43,415 nt of DNA from Macrostomum lignano (Eukaryota), in the NCBI GenBank assembly GCA_002269645.1, contig NIVC01000908.1, positions 1 to 43,415 of the forward strand, given 5' to 3'. The position numbers were made by a program, and so were the translations under genes. Of this stretch, positions 25,646 through 36,359 are shown in pieces (positions within the stretch are counted from its first letter, which is position 1; every line of letters starts with the position of its first letter). The notes beneath the pieces were generated by a model, which made no database searches, had not been told where the DNA came from, and saw only the letters and a list, made by a program, of their open reading frames with translations.

Positions 25646-28600
25646 ATGAACCCCCGCTGCGCGCAGTCGTCAAAGCCGCCGACCTCGCCGGCCGCTCCTC
25701 GAGCCCCTGCCTGGCCGGAGTCCATGGAGGCTGAGAAGTCGGCCGCCCTGGTCATGGTTGGCTGCCTGCTTGCCGCTATGGTGCTGCTCACCCTGGCTTA
25801 CGCGGTCTATCAAAGGTACACCTGCAAGGTGTCCAGGCGGCAGAAAAAGGTAAAGACCTTCCGGCTTTGGAGCACCAATTTACAAGGTACAGCGTGCTGC
25901 GGTGTACTGTCTGACGCTGTTGTTGTTGCTGTTGTTGCTGTTGTTGCTGTTGTTGCTGTTGTTGCTGTTGTTGTTGTTGTTTCTGTTGTTGCTGTTGTTG
26001 CTGTTGTTGCTGTTGTTGTTGTTGTTGCTGTTGTTGCTGTTGTTGCTGTTGTTGTTGTTGTTGACTGCGGACCGAGCTCGAAATAACCGGACCAGGTACC
26101 AAACCCCTACCGCTGACAGAGCCAGCGACAAAGGCTGAGCACAGAGGGCCGGACCGAGCCACATCCACCGCCCCTGAGCCAGGAGCGGTGACCGATTCCC
26201 GGCGCTCTTCGCCGCCCGAAGAACGGGCGTTGCCTCCCCCCCGCGACAAAGACGCGGCGCCGGATAGGGCCTGCTGATTACCCAGCAGGCTGGGAGTAAA
26301 TCCCAGGGGGTGTTGTTGTTGTTGCTGTTGTTGCTGTTGTTGCTGTTGTTGTTGTTGTTTTTGTTGTTTTTGCTTTTGTTGTTGTTGTTGTTGTTGTTGT
26401 TGCGGAAGGTGGTCTAGGGCTGCCTATGCAGGCAGTCCAAGAACCTAGCCACCAGATCGCCATCGGCCAAGTCCTCCAGTTGGTGTAGGTCCGTCGCGTG
26501 CCGAGCTCCTGCCAGGGCCGGACATTCGAGGAAGTGGTCCTTGTCTTCAAAGAGGTCGCACCGGAGGCATCTGCTATCCTCCCTAGAGCCTATTCGGTGC
26601 TGATAGTACGCCGTGGAAGGATCGTGACCGGCACGCATTTGAGCTATGGAAACCTGAAGCGCGCGGGGGCGAACGGGCATCGAGGGGGTCTTGCTGTAGA
26701 CCCGCTTCAGCCGGTCATTCAGGAGAGGCCTGTAGTTGATGAGACGGCGTATACGGCTGCGGGCGGCCTCGATGTCGATCCCTAGAATGTCCTGGGGGAG
26801 CAGACAGGCGTTCTTGGCCTCGACGTCGGCTCTCTCGTTACCGGGAGTCCCAGAGTGACCTGGGATCCACTGCAGGACCACGTCGGCGTGGCTCTCCACC
26901 TGTGTCAGCTTGCGCTTGAGCGACTCGAGCAGAGGGTTCAGGGAGTGTTGCCGACCCTTGAGCGCCGCAATGGCCGATCGGCTGTCGGTGAGGATCAGGG
27001 CAGAGTCCTGTTTAGTCTCAAGGATGTGATCCAGGGCGAGGTGCAGAGCTGAGAGTTCAGCTTGGAACGAGCTACACCAGCGCCCGGTAGCAGCTCCCTC
27101 AATCCAAACCACCTGGCCCGAGGTAGGGGCGACCGCCACACAGGCTGCCCCTCCATTCTCAGTTCCTTCTGATGCAGACCCGTCGGTGAAGTAGTGGATC
27201 TTGCGGTCGCCCCATGATTGAATGGTGTCTTCCGTCGCCGACCGCCTGGTCTCTGGCGGATCGTTCCTGGAGATCGGCTGAGTCAGGTGTTCGCAAAGGG
27301 TGACCCGATCCTCAATTCTCGGAAGCCAGGGCTCGTTCCTGATCCAGTTCGATTCCCGGCGTGGGCAATGCAGAATCTGCTCGGATTCCAGCTTGGCTTG
27401 ATCCCGGAGGCCTTTGTTAGCTTTGAGCCTGCGCCGGCCTTGGTCTTCGCAGAGGCTGCGCCAAGGGTCGTAGGCAGGCCGCCTGAGGGCCTTCTTGACA
27501 GCCAGCAGGGCTCTTCTGTGTCCTTCAACGGAAATGGGAACGGTTCCGAGTTCGAGGTAAACGGCCTCCTCCGGAGTGGATTTAGGGAGGCCGGCCACGG
27601 TTCTGAGCGCTGCCCTTTGAGCCCGTTCGAGTTCGTTCAACCGGCTTTTGGATAGCCAAGGTAGCCAGGCCGCTGCCGCGTGCCATATGACAGATTCGAC
27701 CATGGCGGTGTACGTACGCATCAGCAGCTTACGGTCCCAGCCCCAGCTCCTTTGTGCTAGCGCTCTCACGATGTTGGTGCGTTTGGCCATCTTTTATTTG
27801 ACCGTTTTAACTTGTTGAGCAAAGATGAGTCCGCGGTCGATCCAAATACCGAGGTATTTGAGAGACTCAGTGAAGCGAAGTTGAGTGCCGGCAAGATGGA
27901 GATCAGGTGGCCGATCAAAGTCGGCCCGGTTCCTAGAGAAGAGGCACGCCTGGGTTTTAGCCGGGTTAACCGAGATACGGAGGTCTCTGGTCCAGGTTTC
28001 GATGAAGTCCAGGGCGCTCTGTAGCTTTCTGGTGAGGTTCTGAAGGCTACTGTCAGTAGCCCATAGGCAGAGGTCGTCAGCGAATCCTCCAAGTTGAACT
28101 TCAGTTTCAGGGAAGCCAGTCAAATCATTGACGTAAAGGAGGAAAAGGACCGGGGAGCACACCGCTCCCTGGGGAACTCCACTGGTGATGCGGCGCCACT
28201 TCCCGGTGGTGTTGCCGATTTTGGCACAGATGGTTCTACCTTCCAGAAAATTGGCTAGCCAATGCGTCATACGATCTGGCATGTCTTCGTCCATCATCCG
28301 ATTAATGAGCTTGTCATGCCAAACTGTGTCGAAGGCTTTGGAGCAATCGAGGACGGTAGCCGCTGTCTTGAGGGGAGGTTTGCATTCCCACCCGTCTTGG
28401 ATCGATTGGACCAGACGGGCGACCTGCTCCTCACAGCTGCGGCCTCTTTGGAAGCCCGCTTGCCAGTGTTTGAGGATGTTGAAGGTCTCAATCCAATGAA
28501 AGAGGCGGTCTAGGACCATGCGTTCCATAATCTTGGCGCAGATCGATGTGAGACTGACCGGTCTATAGCTATCGCAGCTCTGCGGGTCTTTACCGTCCTT

Positions 28601-30951
28601 CAGGAGGGGCACCACTATTGCTTGTTTCCAGATGCCAGGGCAGTGGCCAATCTTCCAGCTACGGTTGAAGAGTTTGAGCCAGGCTTCCGTCCAGCTTTCT
28701 GGCAGGTGCTTGAAGAATGCCGCCTCTATCTTGTCCGGCCCTCCTTTCTTGTTGATGTCCAGGTAGTCGATAGCTCTCTCGAGTTCACTCTTGGTGAAGG
28801 GGGCGTCATAGTCGCTGGCATGCGGGTGATAAGCACTCAAGCGATTGGAGGTGAGTTTTTTGTAGCGGCGATCACCCGGTTGTTGGTCGGGTCTGCAGAC
28901 CTTGGCAAAGTGTCTGCCAAACGCTTCTGCCTTTTGTTTGTCAGTCTTACATTCTTTGCCTTGGACCACGAGGGTCTCGTTGGGGGACGCCCCGTTATTA
29001 CCCGTGTTCAAACATTTAATGGTCCTCCAGACGGCCTTAGGGTCGGAGGAGGAGGAGATCTTGCCGAGGTACTCTCTCCAGAACTGGGCTTTCTTCTCAG
29101 CGCACCGACTGTTCAGCTCTTGGGTCTTCATGTTCCAGTCCTCGACCGGGCTTCCCCTTCTACGGAGGTTGTTCCTCTCATCTCTCAGCTGGGAAAGCTC
29201 CTCGTCCCAGAAGGGGCGGTTACGAGGGGAGACTTTCTTCAGCGGGATGGATTCTTTTGCCGCCTGCTTCATAGTCGTGCAGAGCCGGGCAATCTGCTGT
29301 TTAATAGTGCCGGTGTTCAGGTCAGCAGAGTGCTCTTCTAGGTAGGAGTGATAGCGATTCCAGTCGGCCTTTTTCCAGGCCCAGGAAAACCTGGGTTCTT
29401 TGGCCAGGGCCGGGCGGATACCATGAATCGTGATAAGAATCGGCTTATGATCAGAACCCAGCTCCGGCAGGACAGTCCAAGAGTACCGCCCAGCTAGGGA
29501 TCTGCTGGCGAAAGAGATGTCCAGGGCGCTTTCCTGTCCTGACCGGCGGTCGACACAGGTGAGAGTGCCGTGGTTGAGGAAGCGGTAGTCGTTGTTCTCA
29601 ACCCAGTCAACGAGGCAGCCGGCTTCAGTAACGTCTTCTGGACCTTGACCGGGTTTGCTGCCCCATTTCTGGTGGTGCAGGTTAAAGTCTCCCACAATGA
29701 GCTCCGCATTGTGCGGGGTAAGCCTGGAGACCACACTAGGGTTGATTCTTCTGTCCACCGTGTTGGAGCGCCGCGTTGGTGGTCGGTAGACACTGGTCAG
29801 CACGATGGTCTCACGGGCGGTGATGTGCAAGGCGATACGATGCCCTTCCGTGATGCCACCGCCCCAGTACCGAAGCTTTCGGAAGGAGATGGATTGGCGC
29901 ACGAAAACCAGCAGCCCTCCTCCTTTGGACTCTGCTCCATTGCGGGCAATTTGCCGGTCTTTTCTGATGGTGGTAAAGCCCGGAATCCTGGGGTTTGGAT
30001 GCTGTTTTTCCAGCTTCGATTCTTGGACTGCAATAAGGTCGATAGAGAGCCGATTGGCTATTTCTTCAAGTTCACCTAACTTATTGCGGATGCCATCCGC
30101 ATTCCATTGGAGGAGTCTAATACCAGGCTCCGACAAGTCTTCGCTGGCGGTGGTTTTGAAGTCCTGGCTGGGATCGGGCGAGCGCTGGTTAGGTTGCCCT
30201 TCCTCAGCCGGTCTGTTATGGTGATGCAAGCAGGTTTCACAGGTCCAGCGGCCCGTGGCAACATCACGTCGGATAGCCTCTCTGGTCTGCTTGGTGCACG
30301 CGTTATGGAACAGCCTCTCGCACACTTTGCACTCCGCAATAATGGTGGAGATGCGGACGGGCTTGTTGCAATCACCACACTTTGGTTTTTCTCTTTGAAT
30401 GAGCTGCATGCGTCTGGTACGGCGTTGAGTGGTCATGGGTTGGCCAACCACCTCCGGCGCGGCCGGGGGGGTGTGGTTCAGATTCTGCTGGGTGGAGCAA
30501 GCCGTATGGTTCCGGTTGTCCTGGGAGCAAACAATGCATTGCCAGGTCGTCCAGTCAGTGCGGTCAGCCCTCCAACGCGTGAGACCCGAGCAGGAGCTCT
30601 GCCGGTGAAAGTGGCGCTGGCAATTAGAACAGACCGCGGGATTATTGCGAATCGAAGTGCCGCAGTTCGGGTGCCCACAATCCGGTCCCGGGTTGGGTTC
30701 GACATCTCCGGCCATAAGGAGCAGCGCCGGGAGCTGGGGGGCCGGGCGCCCAACTCCGTAGGCCTTAGGCCTCAGTTCGCGCGCTCTCGTTCTACGTAAC
30801 CAAACTAGACCAGGTGGCGATCTGGTGTCCGAGTTTAGGCGCTCTTCGGGCTCCGCCAAAAAGGCGGGGCGACCCCTCCACGACGGTGACGTGGCGCCTA
30901 GCAGGAGCCACCGGTGTTTGTCCGGTGGGCCAGAAGTAGACTCCGGCGGGT

Positions 30952-30982
<31 letters not shown>

Positions 30983-31448
30983 TTTTTATTGTTGTTGTTG
31001 TTGCTGTTGTTGTTGTTGTTGCTGTTTTTGTTGTTGTTGCTGTTGTCCTTGTTGCTGCTGCTGTTGTTGCTGTTGTTGCTGTTGCTGCTGTTGTCCTTGT
31101 TGCTGCTGTTGTTTCTGTTGTTGTAGGTGCTGTTGCAATTGCATTGAATTACTACTGAACCGAATTTCACTAAAAAGCTCTCCCATTCCGATTCTGCAAA
31201 TTTCGAATTTTATTGTCACATTCGATGGGGACTCTGAAAGCTAGGAATCGGTGTCAACTCGTACTCGCATGTATTTGTAGCAGTCATTCCTACAATCAAA
31301 TTTACTTACTTTTGTTGTAATTAGGTGACTCGCAGCCTCCCGATGAAGCAATCGGTGAACGAATCGTTTCTGGTGCAGCAGCAGCAGCGGCAGCGGCAGC
31401 TGCAAGCAGACAACAAGAGTTCAATGAGTACAGGTCCGGGTCAGCAGC
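25646..31448 (+). CDS. Putative single-pass membrane protein. Exons ~25646-25849 and 31325-31448, possibly also 24446-24634 and 31923 onward; its intron holds the SINE and LINE
   Basis: A hydrophobic segment ALVMVGCLLAAMVLLTLAYAVY is followed by basic QRYTCKVSRRQKK. Donor AAG|GTAAAG (25849) and acceptor TTAG|GTG (31324) join in phase 0 to VTRSLPMKQSVNESFLVQQQQ. The upstream exon could not be joined in frame. Confidence 0.4.
25915..26063 (-). repeat. (CAA/CAG)n microsatellite; sister tracts at 26311-26401 and 30951-31130
   Basis: Directly visible. The three tracts bracket the SINE-like element and the LINE. Confidence 0.95.
26064..26310 (-). mobile_element. 247-bp non-coding SINE/RIME-like element headed by an HDV-like ribozyme
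   Basis: A GC-rich unique block between two (CAA)n tracts. Its 5' 112 nt match the 5' end of the neighbouring LINE in structure and motifs. Confidence 0.7.
26199..26310 (-). ncRNA. HDV-like self-cleaving ribozyme (predicted)
   Basis: P1 CCCCCU/G-run, two J1/2 hairpins, P2 CCGGCGC/GCGCCGG, P3 GCG/CGC, L3 UCUUUGU, P1.1 partner AG, GCAAC, P4 GCCCG-UUCUU-CGGGC and J4/2 GGCGAA (catalytic C at 26211). Confidence 0.8.
26414..30859 (-). pseudogene. Retrotransposon polyprotein (~1480 codons) interrupted by one in-frame TAA at 27794-27796
   Basis: 2A LLLMAGDVEPNPGP and two PHD-like fingers. APE motifs WNADG, VQESKL, VYRPP, GDFNLHH, GSDHKPI. RT motifs YRPVSLTS, QAGFQ, GVPQGAVCSP, FADD, KYLGIWID. RNase H motifs FTDGS, QAEL, TDSRS, WIPGHSGTPGNERAD. 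C-terminal CLRC...H...C. The two listed ORFs are in one frame (AAA TAA AAG ATG). Confidence 0.93.
30836..30950 (-). ncRNA. HDV-like ribozyme at the LINE 5' end (predicted, P1 and P1.1 imperfect)
   Basis: P2 UAGGCGC/GCGCCUA, P3 ACG/CGU, L3 UCACCGU, P1 CCCGCC/GGAGGG (one G-A mismatch), P4 CCGCC-UUUUU-GGCGG and J4/2 CGAA (C at 30848). Confidence 0.7.
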
Positions 31449-31497
31449 GTGAGTGCTGACCCTCGGCTGCCGTGTTTGCAATATGAATTTATGGTTT

Positions 31498-31900
31498 AAG
31501 CATCAGTCTGACAAGTGATTTAGCATCAGTCTGACAGGTGATTTAGCATCAGTCTGACAGGTGATTTAGCATCAGTCTGACAGGTGATTTAGCATCAATC
31601 TGACAGGTGATTTAGCATCAGTCTGACAGGTGATTTAGCATCAGTCTGACAGGTGATTTAGCATCAGTCTGACAGGTGATTTAGCATTAGTGTGACAGGT
31701 GATTTAGCATCAATCTGACAGGTGATTTAGCATTAGTGTGACAGGTGATTTAGCATCAATCTGACAGGTGATTTAGCATTAGTGTGACAGGTGATTTAGC
31801 ATCAGTCTGACAGGTGATTTAGCATCAATCTGACAGGTGATTTAGCATTAGTGTGACAGGTGATTTAGCATCAGTCTGACAGGTGATTTAGCATCAATCT
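31498..31900 (+). repeat. 23-bp minisatellite (GCATCAGTCTGACAGGTGATTTA)
   Basis: About 17 copies. Confidence 0.95.
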
Positions 31901-32234
31901 ACCAACCCGTTCTCCCTCGCAGACCAGTCGGCAGCTAAAAAGTGGTACTACTGTGCCATACTGCAGTGCGCGGATCATAATGACTTTGGCGTTAATTTTG
32001 TCATTATAAGCGGCACTTTTTTTCTGTGTCAAATCAATAACCTTAACTATTGCTTTGATAATTTAGTAGTAGAAGTACTGCGAGCAGTAGTGTGTAATGC
32101 GTATTGAAACAATGGCAGAGAAGAAGGCATGGCTGTTTATCGGAGCTGATGGCACCGAATTAGGTGTCGCCACAGACAGATTCTGTCAATAAAAATGCGT
32201 AAAATATTATACACTAAAGAGATCTCACCTACCT

Positions 32235-32430
32235 GGTATTACCGAATCTGTCTCACCTAATACCGAATCTGTCTCACCTAATACCGAATCTGTCTCACCT
32301 AATACCGAATCTGTCTCACCTAATACCGAATCTGTCTTAACTTTTACCGAATCTGTCTCACCTATTACCGAATCTGTCTCACCTATTACCGAATCTGTCT
32401 CACCTATTACCGAATCTGTTTCACCTACCG
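32235..32430 (+). repeat. 21-bp tandem repeat (TACCGAATCTGTCTCACCTAA)
   Basis: About 9 copies. Confidence 0.92.
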
Positions 32431-32611
32431 AATCGGAGCGAGTGGGGATATATATTTCCAATTATAGGGACTAGTAAGAGCGTATTTATAAGTATTCGAA
32501 TAGAAAAGCGAAACGATACCGGATCTTGTTCTTTGCTGACAAAAACTGCCGACTGATCCCGCGAGATTCCCTGAGAGATTCAGAGAGATTCCCGCGTTGG
32601 GCTCTTGGGCC

Positions 32612-32855
32612 TGGTAAATGTCGGCTGGCAAATATCGGCAGGTAAATGTCGACTGGTAAATGTCGGCTGGTAAATGTCGGCTGGTAAATGTCGGCTGGAA
32701 AATATCGGCTGGCAAATATCGGCTGGTAAATGTCTGCGGGTAAATGTCGGCTGGCAAATATCGGCAGGTAAATGTCAGCTGGTAAATGTCGGCTGGCAAA
32801 TATCGGTAGGTAAATGTCGGCTGGTAAATGTCTGCTGGAAAATATCGGCTGGCAA
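32612..32855 (+). repeat. 15-bp tandem repeat (GGTAAATGTCGGCTG-like)
   Basis: About 16 degenerate copies. Confidence 0.88.
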
Positions 32856-33634
32856 ATTGAAAGGAAATGAATTTAAAAGGCCCTTTAATTCGGGTTTTTC
32901 AAAGATTCACGACCATGACTGCCAGCTATGGTGCACACAGCCTCCCAAAGGCTAGGGTGCCCGCAGCCTCCATGCAACTATCACTGACATGAGCCAGCAG
33001 CCACATACCGATAAACCGCGATTCCCATTACCTAAGAAATGAGTTTGTTTACTTCGCAGCAACAGATATCTGCTGTCCGTCAGCTCTGGCGCCGTCTTTC
33101 ATGCTCGCACGCAGAAACTCGGACTCGGCCAGCCCCCCCCCACCGCTTCGGGCTGACAGCAGCAGCAGAGCGTGGGCGAGCGACTGCCGGGGATCTGGGC
33201 AGCCACCCCAGTCCCGCCAGCCAACCCCGAACCCGGTGTACGCTCCCTGACCATCGCCAGGGCATTCTGAAGTACACCGAGACTGTACTCACTGTGTACA
33301 CGAAGAGAAGCTCTGTCTCCAGGCAATGGCTCGGCTCTGCACTCCTGTCCCAGCAGGCCTGTTTCCTTTCCTCTTCGGTTCAATAATCCCATCCCCACAG
33401 CAGGAGGGACGGCCGGCCGGGCGGGCAGAAACCCCGGGGGCCGGGCGGAGGCACCGCGGAAAGACAGTCGCCCGCGCTGCGGCAAGCAACTGCCAGCCAC
33501 CTCCCCCCTCTCTGGCCAGCAATTTTCCTCCCCCATCGCTATAAAGAGTGCGTCCGCACCGCGGGCAGAAATCCCAGTCCAGGATAGCCGGGTACAGCAC
33601 AGTTGCCAGACAGACAGACCTGCAGCGGCTCGGG

Positions 33635-36295
33635 ATGCTCAACAGCGGCGGCGCCGGCGGCGCCAGCGGGGGCGCCGAGCAGGCGGCCATCCACTTCTAC
33701 GACGCCATCATCCAGAACGACATGGACGCATTGCGACGCGCCGTCGAGGTGTTCAAAGTCGATCTGAACGCCAAATTCACCCTGGTGAGGAAGCAGCACC
33801 ACTTCGACCTGTTCCCCGTGCACCTGGTGGCCTACAAGGGCTACCTGTCCATGCTGCACTACCTGATCCAGACTGGTGTGGCCGTCAACCAGACCACGGC
33901 GACGCTGCACCGTCACGCGGTGCACTACGCGGCACTGCGGTCCCAGCTGTCCTGCCTGCAGATGCTGGTGAACGCTGGCGGCAAGATCGACGCCAGAGAC
34001 ACGTTCGGGAACACGCCGCTACACTACGCTGCCGAGGATGGCAACGTCATTCTCATGTCGCTGCTGCTGCACAACGGGGCCAGCTTGGATGCTCAGGTGA
34101 GAGATCGTGTGAATAGAATGCTGTTCGTGTGACTGTACCGTACACTATCGTGTGAATAGAATGCTGTCCATGTGACTGTACCCTACACTATCGTGTGAAT
34201 AGAATGCTGTTTGTATGACTGTACCGTACACTATCGTGTGAATAGAATGCTGTCCGTGTGACTGTACCGTACACTATCGTGTGAATAGAATGCTGTCCAT
34301 GTGACTGTACCCTACACTAGTAGCCCTTTGCACCTGCCGGCCCGTCATTCGCCCCGCAGGACATCACGAACAAGACGCCGCTGATGAAGGCCACCCGCAA
34401 CGGCAAGTTGGCGGCCGTGAAGCGCCTCACAGCCGCCGGTGCCAGCGTCAACCTCAAGGACAAGAACGAAGACACGGCGCTGCACTTTGCCGCCAGGCAC
34501 GGCTCCGGAGAGATGACCTGCATGCTCATCAGGGTGAGGGCCGGTGGCTGTGTGAGTGCGTGCTTGGTGCTGTAGGTGGCTGTGTGAATGCATGCTTGGT
34601 GCTGTAGGAAGGTGGCTGTGTGAATGGGTGCTTGGTGCTGTAGGTGGCTGTGTGAATGGGTGCTTGGTGCTGTAGGTGGCTGTGTGAATGCGTGCTTGGT
34701 GCTGTAGGTAGGTGGCTGTGTGAATGGGTGCTTGGTGCTGTAGGTGGCTGTGTGAATGTGTGCTTGGTGCTGTAGGTAGGTGGCTGTGTGAATGGGTGCT
34801 TGGTGCTGTAGGTGGCTGTGTGAGTTGGTTGTTGGTATTGTTAGTGGCTGTCTGAGTGGGCGGATAGCGAGGTCACGTGCTGCTGGATTTCCACCGATCC
34901 TTAATAATTCCGTTGTGTCATAAAAGTTCATTAAAACCAACATCGACAATTTTAATCATATCTGCTTACACTGAGCTCCATTCCTCTGGCCGAGGTGCGC
35001 GTCAGCTTTTTCAGTCGGTCATAAAATTTCCAATGCATGCACAGCTTTAAGTCCGAGATTGGGGGCTCGAACTCTTGGTGAACTAAATGCGGGACAAATA
35101 GTCTTTGATTATTGTGAACATTTTCCGGATTCCGTGCGTTTCAATGTTTGGTAAAACAGAAAAATAAAAGCTAGATAAGGACAGGAAAGGACAGGACAGG
35201 ACAGGACAGGACAGGACAGGACAGGATAGGATAGGACAGGACAGGACAGGACAGGACAGGACAGGACAGGACAGGACAGGATAGGATAGGATAGGACAGG
35301 ACAGGACAGGACAGGACAGGATAGGATAGGATAGGATAGGACAGGACAGGACAGGACAGGAAAGGACAGGACAGGACAGGACAGGACAGGATAGGACAAG
35401 ATAAGACAGGACAGGACAGGACAGGATAAAGATAGGACAAGACAGGATAGAACACGACAGGACAGGATAAGGATTAGGACAGGACAGGATAGGACAGGAT
35501 AAGACAGGACAGGACAGGACATGATAAGGATAGGACAGGACAGGACAGGATAAAAATACGACAGGACAGGATAGGACAGGATAAGACAGGACAGAACAGG
35601 AAATAACAGGACAGGATAGGATGTACAGAACAGGACAGAAAAAGCAGCATTCCAATCCCTCAGGCTGAAGCTCGGGTGGACGCGCAGAACCAGTGGGGCC
35701 TGACGCCCCTGATGGAGGCGGTGTCCTACAACCAGAAGGAGGTGGTGGCAGCGCTCATCAAGCACAGGTGCGACCTGTACAAGCGCGACTTTCGCACCGG
35801 AGACACGAGTCTGCACATCGCGGTGAAGAAGAACTACACAGACTTGGTGAGCATGCTGCTCAGCGCGGGCAACTGGTACATCCAGTACAACTTCAACAAC
35901 TTCGGCGAGTCATTCGTGCACGACGTCGTGGTGTACAATCGGATGGACCTGCTGCGCCTGTTCGTCACCTACAACTACAACTTCGACTACCCGGCCAAGA
36001 AGACGCCCACCGGAGTGGAGAAGCTGCCGTTCCAGCTGGTGCTGGAGCGCGGCCACCTGGAGATGGCGAAGATTCTGGCCCAGGTGGGCTGCTATTCCTC
36101 ATCGCGATTCTGCCAGAGCAGTGTGCGCCGCTGTCCGGAGCTCGAATCCGTGAAATCGCTGCGATCCTGGGCGCGGAAGACCATCAGGGATCAGCTGGGC
36201 TTCAGCCCGGGCGGCAAGATCAACAAGCTGCCGGTGCCCACCATGGTGAAGGACTTCCTGCTGCTCAAGGATGTGAAATGGGACACGAGGCTTCC

Positions 36296-36334
<39 letters not shown>

Positions 36335-36359
36335 CTTGTCAGAAAATATGAGCAGCTAA
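33635..36359 (+). CDS. Ankyrin repeat and SOCS box (ASB-like) protein, ~443 aa. Exons 33635-34096, 34360-34533, 35664-36359
   Basis: Ankyrin motifs GNTPLHYAA, KTPLMKA, DTALHFAA, GLTPLMEAV and GDTSLHIAV. C-terminal SOCS box VKSLRSWARKTIRDQL...INKLPVPTMVKDFL. Both GT-AG junctions are phase 0. The start Met is inferred. Confidence 0.88.
34106..34318 (+). repeat. 43-bp x5 tandem repeat in ASB intron 1
   Basis: Unit CGTGTGAATAGAATGCTGTCCATGTGACTGTACCCTACACTAT. Confidence 0.92.
34545..34825 (+). repeat. 31-35-bp tandem repeat in ASB intron 2
   Basis: Unit GGTGGCTGTGTGAATGGGTGCTTGGTGCTGTA. Confidence 0.9.
35175..35640 (+). repeat. (GACAG/GATAG)n pentanucleotide microsatellite in ASB intron 2
   Basis: Directly visible. 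Confidence 0.95.

Larger units (their letters stand above)
26402..30950 (-). mobile_element. Full-length Ingi/I-group non-LTR retrotransposon (~4.55 kb): 5' HDV-like ribozyme, one ORF (2A, 2xPHD, APE, RT, RNase H, CCHC), (CAA)n tail
   Basis: The domain motifs are listed under the ORF feature. The element starts CCC at 30950 and ends TTCCGCA(ACA)n. Confidence 0.93.

Noticed and set aside
26100-26190. tRNA-derived Pol III promoter in the short element
   Set aside because: An A-box-like TGGCTCAGGGG is present, but there is no convincing B box (GTTCRANNC) or cloverleaf.
27812-30799. Plus-strand ORFs over the LINE (e.g. 28622-29341, 30107-30799) and over the mariner and RTE element
   Set aside because: These are antisense shadows of GC-rich coding sequence with no recognisable domains.
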